DNA of 64,000 nucleotides, taken from contig NW_004797388.1 of the NCBI RefSeq assembly GCF_000002075.1, positions 966,448 through 1,030,447 of the forward strand, given 5' to 3'. Of this stretch, positions 38,459 to 50,899 are shown one piece after another. Below the pieces are notes generated by a model. It was not told the DNA's origin. It saw only the letters and a program-made list of their open reading frames with translations, and made no database searches. This stretch comes from Aplysia californica. Taxonomy: Eukaryota. Within the stretch, counting starts at the first letter, position 1, and the number at the start of each line of letters is the position of its first letter. Made by a program: the position numbers and the translations under genes.

Positions 38459-39310
38459 TTCTCACCCCGGGTGAGAATAACCCATGTCTCGCTATTCTCC
38501 CCCCCCCCCCCTTTCCAGGTGAGAATAACTCCCACCCCGGTGTGGGCATGAGGCGAGGACTCGATCCCCCCTGATCTCTCGCAGGCCGATAAAATCACCT
38601 AGACCCTTGGTGGCTTACTGCATGTGGTTGGGAACGAATATTAAAAATATAAAAACATTTTTCACCTCTCCAGTAAAAAAGAAGGCTCACTACCTACGCT
38701 ACTGAGCGGGATGTGGGACCGGCCGCCGGCCGAACCATTCGTTGTTTACACACTTAACGATGGCAGGCCTCTCACTCTCTGCCAGCACACAATAAATTAT
38801 GGTTCAGGGAACAGAGAGCTTGTACAAATGTAACGAGATACAAACACGAGACAATAAATGCTCTTGCACGACGTTATATATGTAGAAGGGTTGTAAATTA
38901 TTCAGACCAAATGGACGAGGGGGTTGTTAAACCGTGTTAACTAATATAATAAATGAACAATCCAAGCTCTTTTCTTCACTTTCATTTTTTTTCGGTTATT
39001 CTTTCTTTTTCTTTTTTTTCTTGTTCTTGAACATTTGGAGTTTGGAGACAACAAAAAAAGAGCCAGAGAGCCAAATTGAAATTCTCCGGGCCAGACGTGA
39101 TCCAAAAGAGCTAAATTTCTGGGATTTGGCTCCAAACTGACAACCCTCAGTGTGACTATTCGGACACGAACAGTGACGAACATGATGCTGCAGAGCATCA
39201 GCCCTGGGGTTATGCCGGCTAACCTCAGCCCTGATCCCTCTTGGGTCATTTCCAGTAAAACGAGAAAGTGAGAATAGCGAGGCATGGGTTATTCTCACCC
39301 GGGGTGAGAA
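38459..39310. repeat. 41-bp inverted repeat pair (TE ends or MITE)
   Basis: 38459-38499 is the reverse complement of 39270-39310 with 1 mismatch. Contains palindromic TTCTCACCCCGGGTGAGAA. No TSD identified. Confidence 0.75.
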
Positions 39311-40269
39311 TAACCACTTTCATTTTTTAAACCCAAAACTGTTGCTGATCAGTTTTCACATAAATCTGGTCTAATCGCAAAACAAATTAGATCTAGATGT
39401 ATGAGGAAATACAGGGAGGCCTAGGCTAATATGGGGGAGGGGGGCATGCTCCTGAAAACATTCCAAATTTAAAGTAGGCCTATTGGTACTATGCAGCAAG
39501 CAATTAATAAGCCTATTGTAATATTATATAGATTTCTAGGGTCAGTTCAAATTTGCCATAGACATAGTCCTGAAGTCGAGAAAACAGAAATACAAATGAA
39601 CAAGGCATGTAGATCTAGGCCTACAATGCCTGATGAGAAGAGATCTAGATCTAGATCTAGATCTAGATCTAGACTGGAGTGAAAAATAATAATACCAAAA
39701 CAAAATTTACAAGAAAAGTTCTAGAATCTAAATATCTAGAATCTAGATATATCTAAATCTACATATATCTAGATCTAGATCTAGAGCTGAAGTAAAAAAT
39801 AAAAAATTTTAAACCAAAAACGCGAATGACTAGATCTAGAATCTGTAGATCTACCATTAATGTAGCCTAACAGGGGGTGCCCACATACGTGATCGGGTTG
39901 GGTCGGGTTGGGCCTATCGGGTGGTCGGGGCTAGCCAAATTGAGGGCCCAAAGCAGCCATCGTGACACAGACCGATCGACTCTGTCGGTGACCTACAAAA
40001 ACAAACGTGTTTGATTTCAGGCCTGCGAATCGCGCGATCGTGTGGTTTGCAGCGAATCACAAAAAGGCTGAGTCACGAGTCCATTTTGACCCATGAATAC
40101 ATTAAATGAAATAGGTAAATTAAACCTGGTATAAGATAGAATAACGTGCATGTTTTACCTGGACATTCAGTAAAACCAAGGAAAGCAAAATAACAGAATG
40201 CGAGATGAAATGTCTCCGCAAAACCTTTAACATTGCAACACAAGAAGAGACAGGAAGAGAAATTAAGAA

Positions 40270-40555
40270 GTAAGAGCAACTGTTGACACGGAGTCATGCC
40301 TGCATTAACATAGAAAAACAGAGAATAAAATGGTTTGGCCACCTGTTACCACTGTCACCTCGCCAACCAGCCTCGACACCTATAACACCAAGAACTCAGG
40401 CTATAAAGGAAGAGGTAGACCACGCAAAAGATGGATTGAGGGAGTCAAGGAAACCCTGAGAATGATAACATCTCAGTTAAAAGAGCATCAGAGCTGGCCT
40501 ACCATAGAAAGCTTAACGGCAAAAGAGGACGAACAAGTAAAAAGTAAAGTAAATA
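40270..40555 (+). mobile_element. RTE-type LINE 3' fragment inside a pogo 1 intron
   Basis: IEKQRIKWFGHL...GRGRPRKRWIEGVKE followed by an AAGTA-type tail. Confidence 0.75.
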
Positions 40556-40568
40556 AGAGTAGGCCTAC

Positions 40569-40945
40569 CTTAGACTGAGCTGTGGGTGACTTCCAAAGAC
40601 CCGATTGACCCAAGCAGTGGAGGGCATACTGGTGTCATCCTTTGTCGTTCTTCCTCGGAGCTCAAGAATGGCGCTAGTTTTCGACCATATGTCATCGGTG
40701 GTCTGCCAAAGCCAACCTCCGACATCTGCAGTGCCCACTTTACCAGCTTCACCTCCTCGCCCGCCGTCAACAAGCTGAGTATGAGGGACGCACTTCATGG
40801 GCGTTTCCCCTTGACCTTGTCCGCAAGCGTGGACACAGCAATTTGGAAGTGCTTGGCCATTTTCGTGAGGCCCATGCGCTTTGACCGTACAGCCTCCACA
40901 GCCTCTTCAAGTACTGCTACATCGTACACTGGCTTTTTTTCCAGC
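40569..40945 (-). pseudogene. pogo element 1 N-terminal exon (pipsqueak HTH + CENP-B HTH)
   Basis: LEEAVEAVRSKRMGLTKMAKHFQIAVSTLADKVKG, LTAGEEVKLVKWALQMSEVGFG and HPQLSLR, then donor GTAGGC at 40568. Confidence 0.85.
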
Positions 40946-41049
40946 AGATGAACTTGAACTTGAAGCCATTGTCTGGGAATACAGATCAACGTACGCTTCA
41001 TTGAAACTCTCCAAACAATTATCTATTTACTTTACTATCACAATGATAT

Positions 41050-41172
41050 GACACGGGTCCAATCCCGCTAAATGCATTTACCCGAGTGTAGCATACTAAA
41101 TGAATAATTTTCTCCAGAGTACACGGATGTCCATGACCTACTTGTGTTCGGTGGGGCGTTAAACAACAACAC
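41050..41172 (+). mobile_element. SINE fragment
   Basis: B-box-like GGGTCCAATCCCG and tail GGTGGGGCGTTAAACAACAAC, similar to the 9372-9575 tail. Confidence 0.55.
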
Positions 41173-42302
41173 AAAAAATATTTTTCAAAATCAAACTATT
41201 ATACAACTTGACTTTTGCTTAGGGGCTTTTCAAACATAATCTTACACCATTCGNNNNNNNNNNNNNNNNNNNNNNNNNNNNNNNNNNNNNNNNNNNNNNN
41301 NNNNNNNNNNNNNNNNNNNNNNNNNNNNNNNNNNNNNNNNNNNNNNNNNNNNNNNNNNNNNNNNNNNNNNNNNNNNNNNNNNNNNNNNNNNNNNNNNNNN
41401 NNNNNNNNNNNNNNNNNNNNNNNNNNNNNNNNNNNNNNNNNNNNNNNNNNNNNNNNNNNNNNNNNNNNNNNNNNNNNNNNNNNNNNNNNNNNNNNNNNNN
41501 NNNNNNNNNNNNNNNNNNNNNNNNNNNNNNNNNNNNNNNNNNNNNNNNNNNNNNNNNNNNNNNNNNNNNNNNNNNNNNNNNNNNNNNNNNNNNNNNCCCC
41601 CCGCCCCCTTTCTTCCATGCGTAAGATCATTTGAACGTCCCCTCAGTCACAAGTGTGCGGACCAAATCCAAAGAAAATGTACAACTTGTCTTCATTGATC
41701 AAGCACCTTTACCCTATGAAAGTAAGCAATAGTCAAAGCAATAGGAACAATTCCAGAACATTCAGGCAAAAAAAAATCTATATTCATAATCGGAGTCGAG
41801 GGTGTACGGACCGATGAGAAAAAGGAGTTGCCTTCTTCATTGTTCCGTACACCCCATTTCACACAACGTCACAATAGTTCGGCTCTTGTCTTGGCGCCTT
41901 CGTATTTTGCTTTGGATAAATCTACATAAAAAGGCGATATTATAATTACAATGGACTAAAAAGAGGATGACCCGAAAGTGGAAATCTGCTTCATTAGCAA
42001 AGTGCGTCGTCCAAGGGAAGAAGGGAATGTGGATACTCGCCGATTTCTGTGAAATGTTGCCGACAACTTGTTTTTCTTGAGCAGGAAGAGGAAGTAGAAA
42101 CATCGGTTGAGGTAGATCTAGATTCAGTACAAAGTTAAATTGCGTCTTTTTACGCGATAAACGAAGTAAAACGAAAGTCTAAAATTCTAGGAAGTGCCAA
42201 TTTGCAACGCCACGTTGTCATTAGCACCAGTGCTAAAAAAAACGCCGTGTCTCGGTGTGGTAAATATAGAGCTTAATCTGGATCTACCTTTCGTTGTTGG
42301 GA

Positions 42303-42387
42303 GTTCTGACGGCCGAATGGACAGCGCGTCTGCGTATGAACTCAAACTGTCATTTTATGAGCGTGGTTTCGAATCCCGGTCCCGGAA
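42303..42387 (+). ncRNA. tRNA-like Pol III unit (pseudo-tRNA) followed by a T-run
   Basis: A box CGGCCGAATGG, B box GTTTCGAATCCC, T7 run at 42396-42402. Imperfect stems. Confidence 0.5.
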
Positions 42388-44289
42388 GTTGTTTGTTTTT
42401 TTCTCTTCTTCTCTTCCCGACTGACCAACAATTTTTTCCTATAATTATTATAACTTGTTGCTTATGTTTTTTATGTAGTGATGAAGCATGCACAATCTGG
42501 TTTTGTTCCCAAGGAGAGTTTTTACCTAGGCCTAGGGTAGAGGGTGCATAATATTTCGACACCCCTTCCGGCAAGTCTGAGACTGCTGCCGTGTTTATTG
42601 GGTCGGTGTAGTCGGATAAAATCGATTGAGCGGCCAGGTTCTGTCACCAGCTGGTGAAGAAACCTCTCAGAAACTGTTTGTTGTATAGAACAAGTGAATG
42701 TGCCTGCCAAGTTGATGGTAGCCCATAGATGTACACTATAGTCACTAGATACCGTACGCCCCTCTCTCGCCTTGCTGCGCGATGGCCACATTTGACAGCG
42801 GCGTCCGCCATGTTTCGGTGGGCGAGTTGTGTGAAGGAATTCAAGCTAAAGCAATGGGCCAGGCATGTTTTCTCTCCCTCATACGCGATAGGCGATCGGC
42901 TTGGTCCTTATTAACTTTTTTTTTTACGTGGGCGCCGTGGCGTACTATCTAGGTTACTAAATAGCAATAATACAGCGTTCTTTTTACTACTAGATCTACA
43001 AACAAATGTATTATTAAATAGATAGAGATAGAGATATAGGCTTAAAAATGGAACCCCCCAAAAAACATTTATTTCTTCATCAGCGCTATATCTACGAAGT
43101 GGTTTATTTCTTATTGACTGAATCAAAGCGTAGATCTATAGGGCCTATCGAACTTGTAAAAAGAAGTATGAATTAAGATGTGGTATCATGGGAATCTCCC
43201 AATCACCCCACTCTTTCTCTCCTCCCGAATCTCAATACCCCCCCCCCCCAAAAAAAAAAATTCAAGTTTTTCTTCCATTAGGTGTAGGAAGGCACCGAAG
43301 CTCTTCATAAAGCATAAAACTTTCCCTAGTGACATTTGAACAGGAAACTGTATTTTTCATTCTTATGTTCACTTATTTTTTTTATTATACATGTACCAAA
43401 CAAGTAGATCTAGTGTTTCTTTATGTCGGTATTAAACTTTTTTTTTAAGAACTAAAGTAGATGATCTACAGCATTTAAACTAAAGTTCCTTTTATTGCTG
43501 TTTTAAGTAAATCTAATTTGGGGCATTAGTAAAACAACTGAGACAGCTCTGGACTCACTAAAGATAAAAAAGGGAACTTAACGTTGTTTTGTAGCCTGGA
43601 CAATTGTTTGTCTACACAGTGTAGTGATGACTGATATTATGCTGTGCATATATAGCAAGCTCAGCACCAAACGCAATCTGGCTATGGTTTCCTTTGTCAC
43701 CAATAATAAACTTAGATATCTATCCTATACACTACTTCATACATTTAAGACACAAGCCTATCTTTGGCTACTCCCATCTATCATTTTCCCATAAAAATAA
43801 TTAGGATTGATGATGCTGTTATATTACTATGTTTTATATAGGCCTATATATATAAATATATTAGTATAATATAAATATAATATATAAATATAATATATAT
43901 AGATCTATTTAAGTCAGTGAGTTAAGTGAGTGAAATTGGTACCTCAGATTAGTAGATCTAGCTTGGATTTTGTGATGTTTAAGTAAGTAATTAAACACAA
44001 AGACGAGGCAAAATTGCAGTGGTTACATCTGACATCAATTAACTGAAAGGTAGGTAGGCCTACTGATCAGACCAGACTCTTAATCTCTTCGAATATTTTC
44101 TTCAAAACGGAGATCTGGGTCTAGATCTAGATCTAATCTGTCTAAATTCGTATCAATCTTATTCTTACTCTTACCAATGAAATGAAAGAGGGATTCCTTT
44201 AGAGGCTCTGTTAGTACACTAATAAATGCAGCAGTGCTGCACCGTCCTTTCTGGTCTCGTTTTATTGTAAAGAAAGTCTCTAAGGCTGC

Positions 44290-44455
44290 AATAATAATAA
44301 CCACAATGATCATAATGACGGTACTAATAACAACAACAACAATAAAAATAACAATAGTAATAACAACACGCCCAATAATAATAACCATGAGTATAATAAC
44401 AATAATAATAACAACAACAATAATAATAATAACAATATAATATTAATAATAATAA
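44290..44455. repeat. (AAT/AAC)n microsatellite
   Basis: Seen directly. Confidence 0.9.
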
Positions 44456-44734
44456 TGCAGATCATTTCTATAGCGCCCACGAACACAGCTCTATGTGCTT
44501 TACATAANNNNNNNNNNNNNNNNNNNNNNNNNNNNNNNNNNNNNNNNNNNNNNNNNNNNNNNNNNNNNNNNNNNNNNNNNNNNNNNNNNNNNNNNNNNNN
44601 NNNNNNNNNNNNNNNNNNNNNNNNNNNNNNNNNNNNNNNNNNNNNNNNNNNNNNNNNNNNNNNNNNNNNNNNNNNNCTTACACATCGTACAAACATGGTC
44701 TAGATCTAGAGATCTAGATATCTACATCTAGATC

Positions 44735-45020
44735 TCGACGTCTTGATCTATGGGGATTTGGCTTTTCTTTGGGTTACATAAACGAGTTTCAGAATTATTT
44801 TCATTAAGCTGGAGCGTATTATCAATCATCCAGTTCTTGACATCATCAATGCACATACCCATGGTGGCAGGGGAGGTTTTAACATCTAGATCTAGTGGTG
44901 GAACAGATGTATACAACTGTTTATTATCTGCGTACATCTGATAATTCATACTCAACTGTGCTTTCTAGTCACAGCTCCAAGCGGCTGTGTATATAACTTA
45001 TACTCGATTGGACCCAATAA
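44735..45020 (-). mobile_element. L2/CR1-group LINE reverse transcriptase fragment
   Basis: LLGP..LYTQPL..YQMYADNKQLY..CIDDVKNWMIDNTLQLNENNSE (degenerate YADD). Confidence 0.8.
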
Positions 45021-45312
45021 GACGTTAATCCAGAAAGGGACTAGATCTAGATCTAGATCTAGAGGTTTCATATGCTTGCACTTTTAAGAGAATCGCTTTG
45101 GATTAAAACATATCGTTAGAATCAAATAAAACACGTAAGAGCAGAGACACGCCCACTCACATGTAAACAAAAGTTTTCGCCCGCTGAAAAATGGCCGCCT
45201 ACAAACTCAAACGTTTCCGTGTCACGTGACCTCGTACGGACTCTAGTATAAAAGGAGATAACTCTATGTGGTAGCCTAATCCTCTCTTAAAGTGTGTGGG
45301 GTGCGTAATTCA

Positions 45313-45495
45313 AAATTTCGACACCGGTTGTTGTAATTCCGACACCCCTGTGAGGGGAACTTCGACACCGCTTGTTCTAATTACGACACCACTATGGGGA
45401 ACTTCGACACCGCTTGTTCTAATTACGACACTACTATGGGGAACTTCGACACCGCTTGTTCTAATTACGACACCACTACGGGGAACTTCGACATC
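45313..45495. repeat. 42-bp tandem array of TTCGACACC/TACGACACC motifs (pogo 2 subterminal repeats, 3' end)
   Basis: Unit GGGGAACTTCGACACCGCTTGTTCTAATTACGACACCACTAT. The inverted motif GGTGTCG is clustered at 49670-49750. Confidence 0.85.
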
Positions 45496-45537
45496 ACTTG
45501 GGGGGAAATGAGACACCCAAGGCCCGGACCGGCCCAG

Positions 45538-45603
45538 TGCTGTAGCTAGGCCTAGGCCTATCCTTGGGTCCAGGCCAGGAGGTCGTGGGTTCGATCATCA
45601 GCA
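45538..45603 (+). ncRNA. tRNA-like degenerate cloverleaf
   Basis: TGCTG..CAGCA ends, anticodon-like arm CTTGG-GTCCAGG-CCAGG, variable loop AGGTC, B box GGTTCGATC. Confidence 0.45.
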
Positions 45604-46226
45604 TTTCAATTTCAGTATTAGCATTTCTTTTCTGCTTGACACACGGCATTAAAGGAACAGTAGTAGGTCTGTCGTTGGTATACGTGGACTGAGTGAGGCA
45701 AACATATTATTGCTCTGTCCTTTCGCCTGATTGTGGTTTCGCTGCATCATCAAATATCCACAATATTAGTATCACTATAATTATCATCATTAACATCACC
45801 ATCAGCGACAGCAGCATCAGTGACCTCAAAATCAGTAACAGCTGCAACAACTGAATTAGTGTTGGTTCATTATCATGATCATCACCAGCATCAGCATTGC
45901 CCTACCATCTTCATCATCACCAACATGTCAACATCTTTATCACCACCGATACCACCAGCATCATCGTTGCTAGGCCTGTCACCCGGTTCATCATCTCCAC
46001 CGCCATAACGACTGTAGAGCCCAAGTTAGTGCTTGTAAAATCATTGAACAAGAAACAAGGCGTAAATCAACAAAATGTATTTCTCTGGAATTCAGTGCAA
46101 CACATGCTGTCCTCGCTGAATTCCTATCATTAGGCTACCAGGTGCAAAAGAACCCAATAAAAGGAACCCCAAAAAAATTAACAACAAAATGAAACAAAAC
46201 AAACAAACAAATTTGACATCTCAAAT

Positions 46227-49200
46227 TCAGTCTACTGTAGCTGCTCCTGCATATGCTGCTGCTGGTGTTGTATTTGTTCCTGCTGGTGCTGTTGCATCTG
46301 TTGTTGTTGCTGCTGTTGTTGCATCTGTTGTTGTTGCTGTTGTTGTTCTTGTTGCTGCTGCATTTGTTCCCACTGCTGCTGTTGTTGCTGTTGCTACTCT
46401 TGCTGATCTTGTTGGTGTTATTTCTGCTGCCCCCCCCCCCTTCTTTCTTTTGGTATGTGTTTGACTACTCGCATTCCGTCTCTCCTCAGCTTTTCGCTTT
46501 CTCTCTTGAGCCTGTTGTTCCTTCAAGAACTTGGTCTCTCTTTCCTGAACTTTGGTAGTTATGCAGTCATCATTAGTTAGGAGCCTGAGTGAGATCAGCT
46601 TCCGCTTCGACACTTTCTTCGGTTTGGATAAAGAGGTGACCGGGATGTCAAGTACACCGACCAGCTGCTGTTGCCAATCTGGACTGAGAGCGATGTCAGG
46701 ACACTGGTGGTTTCATCTTCATCTTCCATGTCATCGAGGCCAGTCATTAAAATTGCCTGCTGTAGCAGGTCTATGTCGGGTCGATCCTGTTCTTCTTGTG
46801 GGACTAAGCTGACTTCTGCAGTGGAAATTTCTGCTGCTGGCACGTCACAACAAAGATGTGGCGGCTCAGGGTCGATAAATATGTCCCTTGACTGATCCCA
46901 CTCGAAGTCCAGGCAAAAAGGAGGAGAGAAAATGTGCAGGGGTGACTGGTTCGGTTCCTGGTGGTTGCTGCTGGGTTCCTGGTGGCTGCTGCTGGGTTCA
47001 GCTTCACGATGTTGGGTCTGTGCCTCTCCTTGGCCTACTGAGCTGAAGTTGATTATGTTCTTGTCAAGCGGATGTATCCCCGTTGCCTCAAACGCTTTTT
47101 GCATAGGGTCTCTGTCATTGCTGCTTCCCAGGCTTTTTTGATAAGATGAGGCAACGTCTGTTTATTAATGGTGTTACGTGCACCCAACATGTACTCCGCA
47201 CAGGCTTATTTATAAGCTGTCTTCAGAGGTTTGAACACAACTTGGTTTAGTGGTTGTAGTTGGGCCGTTGTCTTTGATGGCAGAGCCATTATATGGAGAC
47301 TTTCATCTCTGGCTTTTTGTAGCAACCCAACAACTTCATGGCTGCTGTGGCTGTCTAGCACCAAGAGTTGTGGCCTGTGTGGACCACAGTTCTCGAGGAA
47401 CACATGCTCAAACCATTCCTGCAACAGAGATTCGGCTGTGCTAAAATAAAATTCATTTTAAAGTGGAAAGATAAGACATCAAGTAACACAGTATACAATC
47501 AATTGGGGGTTGCAGGAGCACAGCTTGGTCAGCAACTGCAAGCTGTATTCACTTCTTCATCTATCCATCCATGTATCAATACAACAGACCAACAAAATTC
47601 CATTCACCCGTTCAATCATTCATCTATTCATTAACGGATACCACTACATGTACCTCATTCTGTTGTTCATATTCAAGTGTTAATTATTAACTCAATAAGT
47701 ACGTTTTTCCTCAACAAGAAAAGGTAAAATCTGAAATATCGGAAATGAACCTCTATTCTAAGGTCCTAAATAAACTCATCACCTCTCCAAGGGCGTCATT
47801 CATGTGTGCATTTTCCTGCCATGTCCACACAGTTCCTTGCGGTGCTTCCCCGTGTTTGAAACCAAGGACACTCCTTTTTGTTTTCCTTCTCACCACACAC
47901 ATGGGAGGCATAGCTTGGCCTGCAGCATTAATGCAAGCCAGTACTGTGATGCTTTCTTGGCTTTCCCCTAAGCGTGCCAGTGGGTTATGGGATCCTCTTT
48001 TTGCCACCACTCGTGAAGGGTTGTGAACAAACCTCAAGAAATACAAAGTAAATAATAAACGGTTATTAGACCACAACAAGCAGTCCTCCTTTAGCTTGTT
48101 AGATTATGAGAAAAGTGGGCTAAGAGGCAAAAAAGTCTGTTTCATCTTTTTGAACAACCAATAGATCTATCCACTGTTCCTTCAAACAAAGTTGGTTAGC
48201 CTATCAATCAGAAACAAAAGACCAAGGCTTCTGATCTGTAACAAAGAAAAATACAGAATGTCATTTTTACCATTATCCATTTAACTCCTAGCCCAGGCTA
48301 CCATCTTAATCATCTTGTAATATAAGTATTCCAAAGACCTTAAACTTAAAGCATGCAATGCCAGAATGCCTTTGGGTTATATTCAGAATACTGATTACCC
48401 ATCTAGCTAAACACCATTAATATTAACAATTATATAGGCCTAGGCTAGCCTAGTTGTTCATTTATATTAAGCATGTGACTATGAGCCTGTTCATGACTGC
48501 AAGCTGGGCTAGCCTACTGTATTGTTGTGGCTATGTGTACAGATGTGAGCNNNNNNNNNNNNNNNNNNNNNNNNNNNNNNNNNNNNNNNNNNNNNNNNNN
48601 NNNNNNNNNNNNNNNNNNNNNNNNNNNNNNNNNNNNNNNNNNNNNNNNNNNNNNNNNNNNNNNNNNNNNNNNNNNNNNNNNNNNNNNNNNNNNNNNNNNN
48701 NNNNNNNNNNNNNNNNNNNNNNNNNNNNNNNNNNNNNNNNNNNNNNNNNNNNNNNNNNNNNNNNNNACATGTATTTAGGTATTCTGTGGAGCTTTTGGCT
48801 GTACGGGCTAGATCTAAGGCTAGACTGGTCAAACACTCCTTACGTTTGTCTCGTCGCAATTCCATAGCTGCTGGCTTCTCCTTTAGGGCAGTGGTTTTTA
48901 AAAGCTTATTCCAGGTCGTCAAAGTACCTGGACACGGTTAACGGATGGAGCATCGTGATCCGTGCGGACTCGGTTCTCTCTGGGGTCCTGGTGGAGAGCT
49001 CTGGATACCGTCGTTTCAATCCCCTCCAGTATCCATCTCCAGGGACGCCGTTCTTGAACGGTGTACAAAGACCTGAGGATCTGACGAGACGCCCCTCCTA
49101 GCTCAAGAGGATCGTCTCTGTGCAGGGAAATCCTCTCTCTGTTGCCCTCAGTCTCAACGTCTTTTTGAACAATTTCTTCCTCAATGGCTTTCGGGATGAT

Positions 49201-49383
49201 AGCCGAGGGTTTCCCTGCCTTCTTTCCCAGCTCCTTGCTTCCTGAGGCATGGTCAATCAAGGTTGTCGTTAGGATGTTGTTAGCTTTCTTTTTAGACATG
49301 CCATTTTTATGGTGTCCAGAGCATTCTTCAGATCTTCATCTTCATACTTTTGTTTGCATATATGAGTTAGATTTTCGTGCCAT
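46227..49383 (-). pseudogene. pogo/Tigger DDE_1 transposase (element 2), intron-containing, degraded
   Basis: ATG at 49383, HTH region, WNCDET then donor at 48843. Exon ~48030-47783 (ITVLACINAAGQAMPPM). Exon from 47418 (EWFEHVFL..LLVLDSHSSH..LQPLNQVVF, AFEATGIHP). Third catalytic D reads N. Frameshifts present. Confidence 0.9.
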
Positions 49384-49659
49384 CTGGGAATGATATTTTA
49401 AGGTAGGCTGGGTCAGGTAGAGCATACTACTACGGCAGCAGTTGGTGCTACTGCTGCTGCTACAGTTGCTGCCACTACCACTACCATTGCTGCTGTTGCT
49501 AATACTACTACTGCTAGTATTACTACTAGGCTAGACCTAGGCATACTGCCGATACTAGTCCTAGGCTAGGCTAGATCTAATACTAGGCTACGCTAGGTTA
49601 GGCAAGCCTAGGCTACGCCTACCGGGTAGGCTAGGGCTAGGCCTACGTAATTGTTGAAA

Positions 49660-49795
49660 TAACCCCCTGAGGGTGTCGACATTACTACCAGGGGTGTCGA
49701 AATAGCGACATGGGGTGTCGAATTATTAATGACAACAGGGGTGTCGTAATTCTGAGAGTGGCACTTTTTGAAGTGGGGAAATTCGACACCTTTTG
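49660..49795. repeat. pogo 2 subterminal repeats, 5' end (GGGGTGTCGA/GGTGTCGTAATT)
   Basis: Four GGTGTCG motifs plus GGGGAAATTCGACACC, inverse of 45313-45495. Confidence 0.8.
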
Positions 49796-49900
49796 AGCAC
49801 ATATATAACCAGTTTAAAGCAATAAAAATCTATCAAATTTTGTTGAAAAAAGCCGACGTTTCTGTCTCAGTAATTTTAGAAAATCCGCTAGGTTTGTTTA

Positions 49901-50506
49901 CAGGGCTGCCAGTTTGGCCCCAAAGGAGGCCAAATTGCTCAAATTTGGCTCTTTGGGATCATGACTGGCTCCCCAAAAAATAGTTGGCCCGGTTGGCCCC
50001 AATTTGGCCCATTTTAGATTTCACCAAAAAAAAATTAAAAAAATAAAATTAAATAAAAGCAACGACACATACAAAAAAAGCATTTATTAGTCCCAAATGG
50101 TTGGCAGTGAAGGCAACCAGAGCAAGAGCGGCTGCGTGGAATAATGGCTGATCAAGAAAGTCGTGTTTACAATGTGGATCTTGCAGAGGATTCTAGCGTC
50201 AAGACAGATCACCAACATTTTAGGATCTTGCTTCAGTGAGTCGTCCCCATGAAGGAACCATGGCATGACCACTGACAGTGGCAGGATGAACAGTAGCGTG
50301 CAATGATGACTGAAAAGGGTCAGGTACCGTACCGTAATCAATCATACTTATTGATTTACTAATGTTATTTAATTTGGTTGAATATTTATTTATTTTATTC
50401 ACAAAGATGGGGGGGGGTGTACGTATGGTTCGGCCCCAAAAAATCAATTTTGGTTCCAAATTGTAATATTGTTGGCCCCACACCAGAAGAAAAACTGGCA
50501 GCCCTG
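49901..50506. mobile_element. Non-autonomous hAT element, family D
   Basis: 15-bp TIR CAGGGCTGCCAGTTT / AAACTGGCAGCCCTG. TSD TTTGTTTA / TATGTTTA. TTGGCCCC subterminal repeats. Confidence 0.88.
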
Positions 50507-50899
50507 TATGTTTATTTCAAGTCGTACTTCCGCTCGATACTATCGCACATTGTCGCGCAATACTGAGCACTATTTTAAGTGTGCGACCCATATAGATCTA
50601 GCCTCATGTTTTATTTTTTTACTTGGTGCTAAATTCGACTGTGATTCTTTCGTTTGATGCCCATCATCGCTTTTTCTGGACTCCTTTGTGAAATTCTTTC
50701 TCTTGCTACTGGGAACAACGACAATAGATCTTAGATAAAAATCTAGATCTAGACCTAGATAGCGCCTGACCATGCCATAAAGAAAATGAAGTTCTGCAGT
50801 TGGAACCCCTCGAGCTCGCAAAGGTCGAGGTGGTCTAGATCAACAACAAAATGATGGGGACTCTCTGCATTTAAATCTCCCAAAAGCATTCCTCTACAT

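Larger units (their letters stand above)
23837..41860 (-). mobile_element. pogo/Tigger-like element 1, expanded by nested insertions
   Basis: Inverted subterminal motifs CGGTCCGTACACCC (23837) and TTCTCATTGGTCCGTACAC (24100) versus GGGTGTACGGACCGATGAGAA (41800). They bracket the 5' (HTH) and 3' (DDE) halves of one transposase. Confidence 0.65.
42724..45268. mobile_element. Non-autonomous element with P-superfamily-like termini
   Basis: Termini CATAGA...TCTATG. Perfect 8-bp TSD TGGTAGCC (42716-23, 45269-76). Inverted subterminal CCGCCATG / ATGGCCGCC motifs. Confidence 0.82.

Noticed and set aside
46189-46613. Ala/Thr/Val/Leu-rich ORFs
   Set aside because: (GCT/GTT)n low-complexity sequence at the pogo 2 tail, not an independent gene.
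50298-50360. Box C/D snoRNA (ATGATGA)
   Set aside because: No properly spaced D box or terminal stem.
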